A stretch of DNA of 64,000 nt from Fibrobacterales bacterium (GCA_051532055.1 JAOPTX010000010.1:1-64000), one strand, 5' to 3'; shown: positions 10,168 to 21,076, numbered from the stretch's first letter. Numbers and translations: made by a program. Notes: generated by a model from the letters alone, not told the origin.

Positions 10168-10315
10168 AGAACGTTTGAGAGCTAAATTTAACTATTCTCA
10201 CTTTAGAATCAAGGTATTTAACACTTTTTCCAAATTTGACAGAGTACGCTCTATTATTTTTCTTCCTTTGTAATTTGTGGTTATTGATATACAACTGTAA
10301 AAGAGATAAACTAAG

Positions 10316-10355
10316 GTGCCTGAACTTTATTATCTTGATGATAAAGTTCAGGCAC
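10316..10355. repeat. Perfect 15-bp inverted repeat just upstream of a glycosyltransferase start
   Basis: GTGCCTGAACTTTAT-N10-ATAAAGTTCAGGCAC. Confidence 0.85.
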
Positions 10356-10364
10356 TGGAACGCT

Positions 10365-11348
10365 ATGTCAAAATGGATGATTGTCATTCCACCCGAAGGG
10401 GCAGCTCGTCAGGTTGGTCTTAATACTGTTGAAGCCTTTACTCAGGTTGTAACTGATGGTTCAACTAAGGTGTTTGATACTAAAACTTATCTTGATGCAT
10501 TTGATTCACTTTTGAAAGAACCTGATGATACTCTTTCTGTAGATTTGTTGAATCAAAGTCTCGTGGTAAATTGCCTTGATGCACAAATTACTCATTGCCT
10601 CGTCCTTGCATTGTCACCGGTAACGCTCTTTAGTTTGCAGTTGCTGCGGCGTCAGGGGGTTAAAACGATTCACTGGTTCTATGAAGATTATCGCATTGCT
10701 ACCTATTGGAAAGATGTACTCAGTGGGTATGACCTCTTTTTAGGAGTGCAAAAAGGTGAGTTAGAACAAGAGTGCAACCGACGAGGAATCTCATATGGTT
10801 TTTTACAAACAGCAGGTACACCACAAGTATACTCACTCGAGCGATATACTGTTGAATTTGACTGTGCATTTGTAGGGATTCCAAGCAACTATAGAGTTTC
10901 GCTTTTAGAAGCCTTGATGAAAAACGGAATAACACTTGCCATAGCCGGAGCTGGTTGGGATTCATATTCGGGAATTCTTGAAACCGCTATTCAAAAAGGG
11001 GAATGGTCATCTTTTAAAGAGGCAGTGAGCATTTATGAAAAAGCGAAAGTTGCGCTCAATATTTCGAATCAGGACCCTTCAGGCGATAGAGAATCGCCCC
11101 AAATAAGTCCGAGGGTATTTGATATTCTAGCCACAGGTGCACAGCTTATTGTAGAAAAGCTTGCTCTAAATAATTCTATAATGAAAGGGTTTTCATTTAG
11201 TGAATTTGAAGATATTGATCAATTAATAAATTTAGTAAGAAATGCACAACAGCACCCGCCTGAAGTTGTGCAGGTACATCAGCGACACCTTTCTCAGTCC
11301 CATCAGTATCAGCATAGAGTAGTATCACTTCTCGAAATGGCTCCGTAG
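10365..11348 (+). CDS. CgeB/Glyco_trans_1_2-family glycosyltransferase
   Basis: IHWFYED, DCAFVG...R, AGAGW, Y..AKVALNI, ISPRVFDILATG; ATG at 10365 preferred over the upstream TTG. Confidence 0.8.
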   Translation: MSKWMIVIPPEGAARQVGLNTVEAFTQVVTDGSTKVFDTKTYLDAFDSLLKEPDDTLSVDLLNQSLVVNCLDAQITHCLVLALSPVTLFSLQLLRRQGVKTIHWFYEDYRIATYWKDVLSGYDLFLGVQKGELEQECNRRGISYGFLQTAGTPQVYSLERYTVEFDCAFVGIPSNYRVSLLEALMKNGITLAIAGAGWDSYSGILETAIQKGEWSSFKEAVSIYEKAKVALNISNQDPSGDRESPQISPRVFDILATGAQLIVEKLALNNSIMKGFSFSEFEDIDQLINLVRNAQQHPPEVVQVHQRHLSQSHQYQHRVVSLLEMAP

Positions 11349-11355
11349 GTCAATT

Positions 11356-12126
11356 ATGGAAGCCTACTATCATTATGTATTAATCTTTTTTATTGGAATT
11401 GTTGTTGCATTTATAAACTCTATTGCAGGGGGAGGGTCAATGCTATCTCTCCCTATGATGATTTTTTTGGGACTTCCTCCGACTGTTGCAAATGGGACTA
11501 ATCGAGTAGGGGTTTTTTGGGGTAATTTGTCGTCAGCTATTAAACTCTATAGAAGTGGAAAGCTCGATCTGACCATTTTAAAAATGCTATTACTACCGGT
11601 GATTGTTGGAGCAATTGTTGGAGCATGGTTTGCTGTAAAAATTCCAGATGATATATTTAAACCAGTACTGGCTGTCGTTATACTCTGTGTCACCTTTTTA
11701 TCAGTATTTAGTAGTCGAAAAAAATTATACACTACAGAGATAGACTCTAAGAGTAAGGATATTAAATATGGGCCTCTCTTTTTATGGTTTTTTTTGGTGG
11801 GACTCTACGGGGGATTTATTCAAATCGGTGTTGGTTTTATTCTCATTTTCGCATTTTCAAAAGCAACGAATTTTGATTTGGTTCGTGTAAATGCATTGAA
11901 AGGGGCAATTGCATCGGTATTTATTTTTGTCTCTATTATCATATTTATTTTGAATGATAAAGTAGTGTGGCCTGTGGCAATTGTGTTTGGATGTGGAACA
12001 ATGCTTGGCGGACTGTTGGGGGCTACCTTTCAAGTTAAAAAAGGTGACGTCTGGGTTAAGAGAGGAATACTTGTTATGGGTATTTTAATGGCCTCAAAAC
12101 TGACATATTCTATGGTGATCGACTAA
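11356..12126 (+). CDS. Sulfite exporter TauE/SafE (TSUP) family membrane protein
   Basis: FINSIAGGGS..LP, VANGTNR, YGGFIQIGVG. Confidence 0.9.
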   Translation: MEAYYHYVLIFFIGIVVAFINSIAGGGSMLSLPMMIFLGLPPTVANGTNRVGVFWGNLSSAIKLYRSGKLDLTILKMLLLPVIVGAIVGAWFAVKIPDDIFKPVLAVVILCVTFLSVFSSRKKLYTTEIDSKSKDIKYGPLFLWFFLVGLYGGFIQIGVGFILIFAFSKATNFDLVRVNALKGAIASVFIFVSIIIFILNDKVVWPVAIVFGCGTMLGGLLGATFQVKKGDVWVKRGILVMGILMASKLTYSMVID

Positions 12127-12225
12127 AATCCTTTAATGAGATGTAATTTCTTATTTGCAAAACTGAAAAAAGTGTGAAAATAGAGATCAGAATTTACATT
12201 TATGGTATTAAAATAGACTCTAACT

Positions 12226-13083
12226 TTGGATACTATGAATTTTCCTTCAGACGCAGCCCGTAACCTTATTCATCTAGCTCTTAAAGAAGACCTTGATGAA
12301 GCAGGGGATATTAGTTCACTCTGGACTATCCCTTCAGATCAATCTAATCGTGCTACCCTGACCGCTAAAGAGAGTGGTGTTATAGCGGGCATAACGATTA
12401 TTGATTTAGTTTTTCAAGCCCTGAACTCTAATGTAATGGTGAGCACTCATGTTTCAGATGGTGACCAGGTTGCTGTAGGTGATGTTCTTGCAACAATTGA
12501 GGGTAATACATGGGATCTTCTCAAAGCTGAGCGGACGCTCCTTAATTTTTTACAACGTATGTGTGGGGTCGCATCGCTAACAGCTCAGTTTGTTGCTCAG
12601 ACTCATGGTACCAATTGTAATATACTTGATACTCGTAAAACACTTCCAGCGTATAGAATGCTCGATAAATATTCGGTTCATGCAGGTGGTGGTATGAATC
12701 ATCGCATTGGATTGTTTGATATGGTTATGTTAAAGGATAATCATATCAATGCCTCAGGAGGTATTGCTCCTGCAATTGAATCAGTGCTCAAAACCAAAAA
12801 TAGTGCAATTAAGATGGTTGTTGAAGTTGAAACACTTGAGCAATTGTCAGAAGCTTTGGCATATCCTGTTGATCAAATAATGCTCGACAATATGGACCTT
12901 GAAACAATGAAGAGTGCTACTACGTTGTCACGCAAGACAAATAACAGTGTAAAGCTTGAGGCTTCTGGAAATATGACATTGGAGAGAATAGCATCTGTTG
13001 CTCAAACGGGTGTTGATTTTATCTCGGTTGGGGCATTAACTCACAGTGTTCCTGCGCTTGATATTTCTATGAGGTTTAATTAA
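12226..13083 (+). CDS. nadC: Nicotinate-nucleotide diphosphorylase (carboxylating)
   Basis: ALKEDL, AERTLLNFLQR, LDTRKT, NHRIGLFD, LKDNHI, VEVET, MLDNM, ISVGALTHS; alternative start ATG at 12235. Confidence 0.96.
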   Translation: MDTMNFPSDAARNLIHLALKEDLDEAGDISSLWTIPSDQSNRATLTAKESGVIAGITIIDLVFQALNSNVMVSTHVSDGDQVAVGDVLATIEGNTWDLLKAERTLLNFLQRMCGVASLTAQFVAQTHGTNCNILDTRKTLPAYRMLDKYSVHAGGGMNHRIGLFDMVMLKDNHINASGGIAPAIESVLKTKNSAIKMVVEVETLEQLSEALAYPVDQIMLDNMDLETMKSATTLSRKTNNSVKLEASGNMTLERIASVAQTGVDFISVGALTHSVPALDISMRFN

Positions 13084-13853
13084 TGGATAATTACGTACTT
13101 TGTATTGATGTTGGTAATACCCATACAGTGATTGGGCTTTTTCATAATGAAGATGTAATCGATACATGGAGGCTTTCTACAAATCAAACAATCACCTCCG
13201 ATGAACTTTTTTTGCGGATAAGTCTCTTGATATCATCGACAGGGATTGATGCTAAAAACATTACTCATATAGGAATGGCATCAGTAGTACCAGCACTTGA
13301 GCGTGTTTGGATTAAAGCACTTTCAAAATTTACGACACCACTCGTTGAAATTATTTCCTCTAAGAATTGCTTAAATCTCGATGTGCACTATGATAATGCT
13401 GCGCTTGTTGGAGCAGACCGTCTTTGTAATGTTATTGCAATGAGGCATATGGGTTATACCAATGGTATTGCAATTGATCTTGGCACTGCAACAACGTTTG
13501 ATATAATGAAAGATGGTGCTTTTTGTGGTGGTGTTATTTTACCCGGTATTGCGAGTAGTCAAGAAATATTGACTCAGAAAGCAGTTAAATTAACACCGGT
13601 GTCACTTGAGTGGACTGATAATGTTATTGCACAAAATACAGAAGATGCTATTCGGTCGGGGATTCTTTATGGCTTCTTGGGGCAACTAGAATTTCTCGTT
13701 TCTAAAATTCGTGATGAATTGGATGTTACCGGGACTATCCCTGTTATAGCGACGGGAGGATGGTCGATTCTTCTTGGTGAAAAAACAAATGTGATAACTT
13801 CTTATGACCCGATTTTAACTCTGAAAGGTATTCGACTTGTTGCCCTTGGCTAA
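13083..13853 (+). CDS. coaX: Type III pantothenate kinase
   Basis: IDVGNTHT, VGADR, IDLGTATT, GGVILPG, ATGG. Confidence 0.95.
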   Translation: MDNYVLCIDVGNTHTVIGLFHNEDVIDTWRLSTNQTITSDELFLRISLLISSTGIDAKNITHIGMASVVPALERVWIKALSKFTTPLVEIISSKNCLNLDVHYDNAALVGADRLCNVIAMRHMGYTNGIAIDLGTATTFDIMKDGAFCGGVILPGIASSQEILTQKAVKLTPVSLEWTDNVIAQNTEDAIRSGILYGFLGQLEFLVSKIRDELDVTGTIPVIATGGWSILLGEKTNVITSYDPILTLKGIRLVALG

Positions 13854-13913
13854 AGAATAGTTCAAGAGGCAACAGAGTATAATAGTGTAAGTAAAGTGGG
13901 TATCCCTATCGGG

Positions 13914-15623
13914 TTACCCTTTCTTTTTAGCCTTACCCCAGCCATCTTTTAAGCCAACTGTTTTATTAAAGACAAGTGCATCACTTTTTGAATCTACTGA
14001 ATCTGAACAAAAATAACCATTGCGAAGAAACTGATATCCTTGGCCTAATGGAGTATTGGCAAGGCTCGGTTCAAGTTTTACTTGAGTTACAGTAGTCAAT
14101 GAATCGGGATTGAGGTTGTCTTGAAATGAACCGCCTTCAGGAAAATCATGAGGGTTTTCTTTGGTAAAGAGTTCATCGAAGATGCGTACTTCAGCATTGA
14201 CTGCATGGGCGGCGCTGACCCAATGAATGGTGCCTTTAACTTTTCGCTCTACATCCATTCCACTTTTTGTAAGGGGGTCGTAGGTACAGTGAAGTTCAGT
14301 AATTTTTCCCGCTTCATCTTTAATCACTTCTTTACATTTAATAAAATAGGCGTGTTTGAGGCGCACTTCACGCCCTGGTGCGAGACGAAAGAATTTTTTG
14401 GGAGCATCTTCCATGAAGTCTTCTTGTTCAATCCAAATATCTCGGCCAAACGGGAGCATGCGTGAGCCCGCAGATTCATCAATTGGGTTGTTTTCTGCTG
14501 GAAGTTCTTCTGTTTGATTCTCAGGGTAGTTAGTGATGACCACTTTGAGGGGGTTAATAACTGCCATTGCTCTGAGAGCATGTTTATTAAGGTCTTCACG
14601 AAGGCAGTGGTCAAGTAGTGCTTTATCTACTATACTATTTGCCTTTGCAACACCAATGCGGTCACAAAAATCTCTAATTGATGCAGAAGTATATCCACGA
14701 CGACGCATACCTGCGAGAGTAGGGAGGCGAGGGTCATTCCATCCATCGACGATTTTTTCATTAACAAGGGTGAGAAGGTTGCGTTTGCTCATCATCGTAT
14801 GAGTAATATTGAGGCGTGCAAATTCAATCTGTTGTGGTTGACAAGGAACAGGAAGGTGTTCGATAAACCAGTTATAGAGTGGTCTATGGTCTTCAAATTC
14901 GAGAGTACAGATTGAGTGGGTTATTCCTTCAAGTGCATCGGATTGCCCATGAGTAAAGTCGTACATAGGATAGATACACCAAGCGTCACCGGTGCGGTGA
15001 TGGTGGGCTTTCATGATACGGTAGATAATAGGGTCTCTGAGATTCATGTTCGAGGCAGCCATATCAATTTTTGCACGAAGGGTATAGGTGCCTTCATCAA
15101 ATTCACCCGCTTTCATACGGGAAAATAGGTCTAGGTTCTCTTCAGAAGTTCGGTCGCGGTCTGGACTGTTTTTGCCGGCTTCGGTGAGTGATCCACGGTA
15201 CTCACGCGTCTGTTCACTATTAAGGCTACAGACAAATGCATCACCATTCTTAATAAGGTGCACAGCGTATTCAAAAAGAGTATCAAAATAGTCTGATGAG
15301 AAGAAAAGTCTTTCACCCCAGTTGAATCCGAGCCATTTAACATCTTCTTTTATAGACTCAACATACTCGTTTTCTTCTTTTGATGGGTTTGTATCATCAA
15401 ACCTGAGGTTGGTGACACCACCATTTTTTTCAGCAATTCCAAAGTTGAGACAAATTGATTTTGCGTGACCAATATGAAGATAACCATTGGGCTCAGGTGG
15501 AAAACGGGTGTGTACTTTCCCACCGTGTTTGCCACTTTGGAGGTCTGCATCAATGATTTCCTGAATAAAATTTGTTCCGACAAATTCTTCTTGTGTTTCA
15601 GAATTGACCTTGGTGTTGCTCAC
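13914..15623 (-). CDS. glnS: Glutamine--tRNA ligase
   Basis: [53 protein letters not shown] start. Confidence 0.97.
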   Translation of the reverse strand: MSNTKVNSETQEEFVGTNFIQEIIDADLQSGKHGGKVHTRFPPEPNGYLHIGHAKSICLNFGIAEKNGGVTNLRFDDTNPSKEENEYVESIKEDVKWLGFNWGERLFFSSDYFDTLFEYAVHLIKNGDAFVCSLNSEQTREYRGSLTEAGKNSPDRDRTSEENLDLFSRMKAGEFDEGTYTLRAKIDMAASNMNLRDPIIYRIMKAHHHRTGDAWCIYPMYDFTHGQSDALEGITHSICTLEFEDHRPLYNWFIEHLPVPCQPQQIEFARLNITHTMMSKRNLLTLVNEKIVDGWNDPRLPTLAGMRRRGYTSASIRDFCDRIGVAKANSIVDKALLDHCLREDLNKHALRAMAVINPLKVVITNYPENQTEELPAENNPIDESAGSRMLPFGRDIWIEQEDFMEDAPKKFFRLAPGREVRLKHAYFIKCKEVIKDEAGKITELHCTYDPLTKSGMDVERKVKGTIHWVSAAHAVNAEVRIFDELFTKENPHDFPEGGSFQDNLNPDSLTTVTQVKLEPSLANTPLGQGYQFLRNGYFCSDSVDSKSDALVFNKTVGLKDGWGKAKKKG

Positions 15624-15755
15624 AGTATCCTCATTGGTTTATTTGGGGTTATTTGGCGAAATGTAGAAAAATATCAGCAATAGTATCAAAATATTGCCAT
15701 ACCATTTTTCACTTATTACTATAGACTTATAAGCGTTAATTATTGAGATGGGTAT

Positions 15756-16268
15756 ATGAAGATAAAGTTTTTCTCAACAGGTGGGACCATAGATAAAATC
15801 TATTTCGATGCAAATAGTGAATATCAAGTAGGAGAGCCGGCATTTGTTGATGTATTGAAACGAGCAAATATTGGGGTGGATTATGAATTTGAGTCTATTC
15901 TTCAAAAGGACAGTCTCGAAATTACCGATGAAGATCGAATGCATATTTTTAACGCGGTGCTGCAAGAACCCCATGAGAGAATAGTGCTCACCCATGGGAC
16001 TGATACTATGATTAATACTGCCCTTATGCTTATGGCGGTAACAGGTAAAACAATTGTGCTGACAGGGTCAATGCTTCCTGCTCAATTTAAAGGGACTGAT
16101 GCTGAATTTAATATTGGATTTGCCATTGCTGCAGTACAGACGCTCGAGCCAGGAGTATATGTAGCAATGAATGGATGTATTTTTAAACCAGATGCGGTAA
16201 GAAAAAATCTCGAAGCAAAACGGTTTGAACCAATTTTAAGAATTGAAGGACGAGATGATAGGACTTAA
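15756..16268 (+). CDS. Short asparaginase-domain protein (N-terminal domain only)
   Basis: TGGTIDK, KDSL, THGTDTM, VLTGSM, DAEFN. Confidence 0.88.
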   Translation: MKIKFFSTGGTIDKIYFDANSEYQVGEPAFVDVLKRANIGVDYEFESILQKDSLEITDEDRMHIFNAVLQEPHERIVLTHGTDTMINTALMLMAVTGKTIVLTGSMLPAQFKGTDAEFNIGFAIAAVQTLEPGVYVAMNGCIFKPDAVRKNLEAKRFEPILRIEGRDDRT

Positions 16269-16281
16269 TGGAAAATAGCTC

Positions 16282-17166
16282 TTAGAGGTCGAGATTCTTG
16301 TGGCTCACAACGGTGATTGGGTCAATATGAATCGTTGCGTAAATGTTGAGCTGTCTTTTTATTTCTTTCTCATATGAGTCAGCAACATCATGGCTCTCTT
16401 TTACGGTTAGATTTTCTTTCATACTGATATGAAAAGTGAGCTCTTTATGACTTATGTAGTCGTGATAGTGAAAGTGATGGGGGTGTAATTTTAAAGGATA
16501 AATTGCATCACCAATTGCAAAAATAGAATCGATCATCTTTTGATTGGGCGCTTGGCCAAGGAGTTTGGAGCTGGTTTCTGAAATTATTTCATAGGCTGCG
16601 TGGAAGAGCATTACGGCAATAATAATAGCAAGAGCACTGTCGATCCACCAGAAATACCCTTTAAGAAAAATACCTGCGAGTACAATGACCGAAGAGAGTG
16701 CATCAGTTCTATGGTGCCATCCATCAGCCTTAACAGCATCATTATCGCTTTTTTTGCCGATGTAAAAACTAAACTGTGCCATTCCTTCTTTAAGTACAAT
16801 TGAGGTTATTGTAACCACGATTGCAACAGTGCCGAAGGCGGCGCCTTCTTTTGACATAAACTTATGATAGGCTTCGATTAGGAATTCAAATGCTACGGCG
16901 GCAAGGAGTGCCCCAATAAGTATTGATACGATGAGCTCTGAACGTGCATGGCCAAAAGGATGGTCTTCATCAGGTTCTTTACCTGAAATTTTCATTCCTA
17001 TAAAGAGAATAACCGAACTCAATGAATCTGAAAGAGTATGCCAGGCATCAGCCATTAATGCGACAGACCCTGAAACAACAGCTGCCCAGTATTTTAAACC
17101 AAAGAGAAGTAAGTTGACTACTATAGAAACGAGACTTGCAAGAATACCATATTGTTGTCGATTCAT
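16282..17166 (-). CDS. Cation diffusion facilitator (CDF) transporter
   Basis: SVALMADAWHTLSD, PDEDHPFGH, ADGWHHRTD, IHIDP; start overlaps bioC stop (TAATG). Confidence 0.92.
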   Translation of the reverse strand: MNRQQYGILASLVSIVVNLLLFGLKYWAAVVSGSVALMADAWHTLSDSLSSVILFIGMKISGKEPDEDHPFGHARSELIVSILIGALLAAVAFEFLIEAYHKFMSKEGAAFGTVAIVVTITSIVLKEGMAQFSFYIGKKSDNDAVKADGWHHRTDALSSVIVLAGIFLKGYFWWIDSALAIIIAVMLFHAAYEIISETSSKLLGQAPNQKMIDSIFAIGDAIYPLKLHPHHFHYHDYISHKELTFHISMKENLTVKESHDVADSYEKEIKRQLNIYATIHIDPITVVSHKNLDL

Positions 17167-17954
17167 TATTGCACCTTTTTGCCTACTATCCAAATAGTTT
17201 CCCAGCTACACTTTACTCCATCCTGACTACTATAGTTATTGAAGTAGTATTCTTCGAGTTTTTGTAATGAGTCTTTAGTCAATTGAGAGTCTGAATGAGT
17301 ACCAGGTGTGGTCCCCATTTTTTTGAGGCTCTTTAAAACTTCTCGAGCTGTTGGATAAAAGGACTCAAGGGTTTCATGCCCCGATTTAATAATTTTGAAA
17401 TTGTTACTTACCATAGAACTCTCTACAAAGTCCTGAGTATAGAAATGGACCGGGTTTGAAAGAGGGGCTTCTTGGGTTTCAGCATAACTATTGTAGAGTT
17501 CATGTAAGCTTTGAGGGCCAAAGAAGGTAAATGCAAAGAGAGCTCCAGGTTTGAGTGCCTTTGAAAATTTTTCTATGAGTGCTTCAAAATCTGAAAGCCA
17601 CTGCACTGTCGCATTCGAAATAACAAGATCATACTTTTTCTTGAAAGAGAGCTTTTCGATGTCTTCATTAATATAGAATGTATCAAAGGGGGCGAATTGT
17701 GTAACTTTCTCACACTCTTTGAGCATTGAACTCGAGAGATCTACCATAGTAAGTTCATTAACCTGTTCATTGGAACAAAAGAGAGAACTGAGCCCCCCAG
17801 TGCCAACACCAAATTCTAATACAGAACTCTTAGCGGGTATGTGGGGAGTAACGATATTGTAAAGGTTCTCGGCCATACTCCGTTGTATCGCAGCGACAGA
17901 ACCATAGGTTCGGGCGGCATGGGAAAACCGTTTACCAATTTCAATTTTATTCAT
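17166..17954 (-). CDS. bioC: Malonyl-ACP O-methyltransferase BioC
   Basis: RFSHAARTY..A.IQR, VLEFGVGTG, DLVISNATVQW, SLHEL; bio operon context. Confidence 0.88.
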   Translation of the reverse strand: MNKIEIGKRFSHAARTYGSVAAIQRSMAENLYNIVTPHIPAKSSVLEFGVGTGGLSSLFCSNEQVNELTMVDLSSSMLKECEKVTQFAPFDTFYINEDIEKLSFKKKYDLVISNATVQWLSDFEALIEKFSKALKPGALFAFTFFGPQSLHELYNSYAETQEAPLSNPVHFYTQDFVESSMVSNNFKIIKSGHETLESFYPTAREVLKSLKKMGTTPGTHSDSQLTKDSLQKLEEYYFNNYSSQDGVKCSWETIWIVGKKVQ

Positions 17955-18612
17955 TAATGATCTCTTCAATTCTATTACAGGTCTCAATACTCATGGGCCA
18001 GTGATCCATAGTATCGCAGCGGGTAAAGGTAATAAAATCAAAGGTTTCGGTAAATTTCTCTATAAGCTTTGGTGAAACTATTGGATCATTATTACCAAAG
18101 ATGGCATAACTATTATTTGTAAGTCCCGAAATTGAGGTGATAGCGCCATTTTTTAGTTTTTCTAGTCCCCAAATGAGGCTTTTAGTGGATAGACCCTCTG
18201 CGTACTCTATCCATGGTTTTTGAGCCTTATTTTCACCCATATTTTTAGAAAACTGCTGTAATATGTGTGTTTTTTGTGTAGCAAGACCTTTTATCATTCG
18301 GTTAATAACTCGGGGTGTCCAACCAAACTCTTTTTCGCAAAAATTAAATATTGGAGCAATGAGAATCACCTTTGGGATGTGAGCAAAGCTTTCATGGTGC
18401 TCCATAATCAATTGACTTCCTAAAGACCAACCAATAAATATATCATTTCTAAATTTTACTGTAATACTTTCAAGAAGTTCTTGCTCCTCAAAAATATTGA
18501 GTTCATCGTACTTCCAAAAGATGTGCTGATGCTGAGGGAACCGTGCTTCAATCTCATCTTTCCAGATAGAAAAACATGATCCCCAACCAGGAATCCAGTT
18601 AATTCTTGCCAT
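17947..18612 (-). CDS. Alpha/beta hydrolase, probable pimeloyl-ACP methyl ester esterase (BioH-like)
   Basis: PGWG, GWSLG nucleophile elbow, GxxDPIV, late His; sits between bioF and bioC. Confidence 0.75.
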   Translation of the reverse strand: MARINWIPGWGSCFSIWKDEIEARFPQHQHIFWKYDELNIFEEQELLESITVKFRNDIFIGWSLGSQLIMEHHESFAHIPKVILIAPIFNFCEKEFGWTPRVINRMIKGLATQKTHILQQFSKNMGENKAQKPWIEYAEGLSTKSLIWGLEKLKNGAITSISGLTNNSYAIFGNNDPIVSPKLIEKFTETFDFITFTRCDTMDHWPMSIETCNRIEEIINE

Positions 18613-19774
18613 GTTCGGTGTACCAAGTTGTTTTGCAAAGTGCAGTGATAAGTTGTTCTATGTCTTGATCGGTATGATCAGCATTGATATTTACTCTGAG
18701 TCGAGCGGTGCCATGAGGGACCGTTGGTTCCCGTATTGCAGGTACCCATAGACCCATTTTTTCGAGCTCTTGCGCTGTTGCTACGGCAGTAGCATTGCTT
18801 CCAATGATAATAGGAATAATGTGAGACACGCTTCCACCGAGGTCAAAGCCTTTTTCGGTAAGGCGAGTACGTACCAACGCACTTTTTTCTAAAAGGGTTT
18901 CACGACGCCACGGTTCAGCTTGAGCTGTGTCAAGTGCAGCAGAAATTGCAGAGATCATAAAGGGAGGGAGGGCGGTGGTATAGGTGAATGAGCGGCATTT
19001 TTGGATAAGGTACTCTATGAGTATTTTTTTCCCAGTAACAACGGCACCATAACATCCATATGCTTTTCCAAAAGTGCCCATTACAAGGTCGACCTTATGG
19101 GTTAAGTGCAGTTCACTGACAAGCCCATGGCCATCAATACCATAAATACCATCTGAGTGAGCTTCGTCCACAATGACCATAGCTTCGTAGCGTTCTGCTA
19201 GTTCACATAGTGTTTCAAGGGGGGCAATGGTGCCATCCATACTGAAGAGAGCGTCAGTAATAATGATTTTTGAGCCACTGTATTTTTTGAGCAGTATCTC
19301 TAGGTGTGCCATGTCACAGTGTTGATAGCGATGTAGGTTGGCCCCAGAAAGCTGTATTCCATCGACAATAGAGGCATGATTTAGTTTGTCAGAAAATATA
19401 TGAGTATCTGATTGAGCAAAAGTAGTCAATAACCCTATATTAGCATTGTAACCAGAATTAAAGAGGAGTGCTCCTTCACTGTTTTTGAGGGTGGCAATTT
19501 TTTCTTCAAGAGTACGATGTTCGTCGTAGTTCCCACCGAGGAGTCGGGATCCGGTTGAGCCACTCCCTTTGGAGCTGAGTGATTGCTGAGTTTGTTCAAT
19601 AATAGAAGAGTGATATGCAAGGGAGAGGTAGTTGTTTGATGCGAAGTTGAGGTACTCTGACCCTTCTACGACTAAAGTTCTACCTGGAGCAGATGTTATA
19701 GTTCTGAGGCGCCTATTCGTCCCGAGAGTATGCACTTTATCGAGTTCTTGAGTAAACCAGGTTTCATTGATCAT
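18599..19774 (-). CDS. bioF: 8-amino-7-oxononanoate synthase
   Basis: NFASNNYL, GSRLL, SGYNAN, DKLNHASIVDG, FSMDG, VDEAH, GTFGKA, PTVP. Confidence 0.95.
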   Translation of the reverse strand: MINETWFTQELDKVHTLGTNRRLRTITSAPGRTLVVEGSEYLNFASNNYLSLAYHSSIIEQTQQSLSSKGSGSTGSRLLGGNYDEHRTLEEKIATLKNSEGALLFNSGYNANIGLLTTFAQSDTHIFSDKLNHASIVDGIQLSGANLHRYQHCDMAHLEILLKKYSGSKIIITDALFSMDGTIAPLETLCELAERYEAMVIVDEAHSDGIYGIDGHGLVSELHLTHKVDLVMGTFGKAYGCYGAVVTGKKILIEYLIQKCRSFTYTTALPPFMISAISAALDTAQAEPWRRETLLEKSALVRTRLTEKGFDLGGSVSHIIPIIIGSNATAVATAQELEKMGLWVPAIREPTVPHGTARLRVNINADHTDQDIEQLITALCKTTWYTEHGKN

Positions 19775-19777
19775 CTG

Positions 19778-20485
19778 TTAACCTACAAATTTCCGAAGAG
19801 ATTTCACTAATGGACTGGACTGAGTAATGGGGGGGAGTGCGTCGTTAAAGTAGGGGATATATCCTAAAAATGGTGCGCCACTTATGTGGGCGATAGTTTG
19901 TGCATTATCTCGATGCATTGGTTCTTCAGAGAAGTTTGTAGTCGGGGTAGAAAAGAGAAAGCCAAGAACGGGAATTCTCTTTCGGGTAAGTGCTTCAATA
20001 GTCAGGAGCGTGTGGTTGAGGGTCCCAAGGCCAGGACGCGCAATAATTATAGCTGGTGACTTAAGACTCTCTATGAGATCAGCCATAAAAAATGGCATTG
20101 GTTCTAAAGTAATGGGTACATTGACTCCTCCGGCTCCCTCAATGACGAGAGTGGAGTATTTGCCTTTTAATGCAATATAGTCTGAAATGATCTGAGAAAG
20201 GCTGAATTGGACTGACTCATTCTTAAAGGCGAGATGGGGAGAAGCTGGAGTTTTGAGTCTATAGCTATTGTGAGTTTTAATCGGTGGGTCTTGAAGAAAA
20301 TAAGTAACGACGCCAGTATCGCCACTATCAAAGGTTTGGTTGCATGCATCTGCCGGTCCACATTGTATGGGTTTATAATATCCCACCTTTTCATCAAGTG
20401 ATTGAAGGATGGCAGATATATATGTTGATGCAAATGTCTTACCGACTTCGGTGTCGGTACCTGTGATAAAAAGAGTCTTGGCCAT
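19778..20485 (-). CDS. bioD: Dethiobiotin synthase
   Basis: FITGTDTEVGKT, YKPIQCG, PASPH, IEGAGG, LGTLNHTLLT. Confidence 0.95.
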   Translation of the reverse strand: MAKTLFITGTDTEVGKTFASTYISAILQSLDEKVGYYKPIQCGPADACNQTFDSGDTGVVTYFLQDPPIKTHNSYRLKTPASPHLAFKNESVQFSLSQIISDYIALKGKYSTLVIEGAGGVNVPITLEPMPFFMADLIESLKSPAIIIARPGLGTLNHTLLTIEALTRKRIPVLGFLFSTPTTNFSEEPMHRDNAQTIAHISGAPFLGYIPYFNDALPPITQSSPLVKSLRKFVG

Positions 20486-20488
20486 AGC

Positions 20489-20872
20489 CTACTTTATTTT
20501 GGCTCTCCAGGCTTTCATCCCTCCAAGAATATTGATCGCATCGGTATACCCTTGTGAAACAAGATGTCGCTGAAGCCGTTTCGAGCGGTTTCCTGATCGA
20601 CATATAATATAGAATGTTTGATCTTTTTGTATACCGAGAGAGGTAAAGCTTTTCTCAAATTGAGACAAAGGTACATGTTTGGCGAATGGAAGTTTTGGAA
20701 GTGATTGGAATTCACTGGATTCTCTAATGTCGAGCCAAAGTATACTCGAATCTAATTGACTGGCTTTTGCCTCAATCACTGTAACATCTTTGAGTGAAGG
20801 GTCGCTGGCAAAGCAGTGTGATGTGAAAATAACAACAAATAGAAGTGCAGCATACTTAAGTGACTGTTTCAT
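20489..20872 (-). CDS. Rhodanese-like sulfurtransferase with signal peptide
   Basis: LDIRE, active-site CRSGNRS, GGMKAW; hydrophobic N-terminus ending CFA. Confidence 0.9.
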   Translation of the reverse strand: MKQSLKYAALLFVVIFTSHCFASDPSLKDVTVIEAKASQLDSSILWLDIRESSEFQSLPKLPFAKHVPLSQFEKSFTSLGIQKDQTFYIICRSGNRSKRLQRHLVSQGYTDAINILGGMKAWRAKIK

Positions 20873-20880
20873 ATAAACTC

Positions 20881-21036
20881 CTATTTATAGGTTATTAAGG
20901 CTCCGAGTACTCCACCATATATCATTGATGACCATGGGTTTGAAGTAATGGGGCAGGTGCCTGTTGAGCATCCAATTGTTTTGTAATATATGAAGCCAAG
21001 AGCGATTCCGGCAGCGATACCAATAAAAATTTTCAT
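20881..21036 (-). CDS. DUF6132-like small membrane protein (51 aa; not in ORF track)
   Basis: MKIFIGIAAGIALGFIYYKTIGCSTGTCPITSNPWSSMIYGGVLGALITYK with GCxxGxCPITS motif. Confidence 0.85.
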   Translation of the reverse strand: MKIFIGIAAGIALGFIYYKTIGCSTGTCPITSNPWSSMIYGGVLGALITYK

Positions 21037-21049
21037 GAGGCAACCAATT

Positions 21050-21076
21050 ATTATATCATTGTTTTCTAATGTATAA
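21050..21076 (-). promoter_or_regulatory. Putative ArsR-family operator overlapping a -10 box
   Basis: Imperfect IR TTATATCATT-N7-AATGTATAA; TATAAT on the minus strand at 21050-21055, just upstream of the DUF6132-like start. Confidence 0.45.

Noticed and set aside
9952..10387. Short ORFs overlapping tRNA-Ser
   Set aside because: Shadow frames of the tRNA and its promoter region
15756..16268. Truncated asparaginase as a pseudogene
   Set aside because: Both catalytic Thr motifs are intact, and ~160-170-aa single-domain members are a known form
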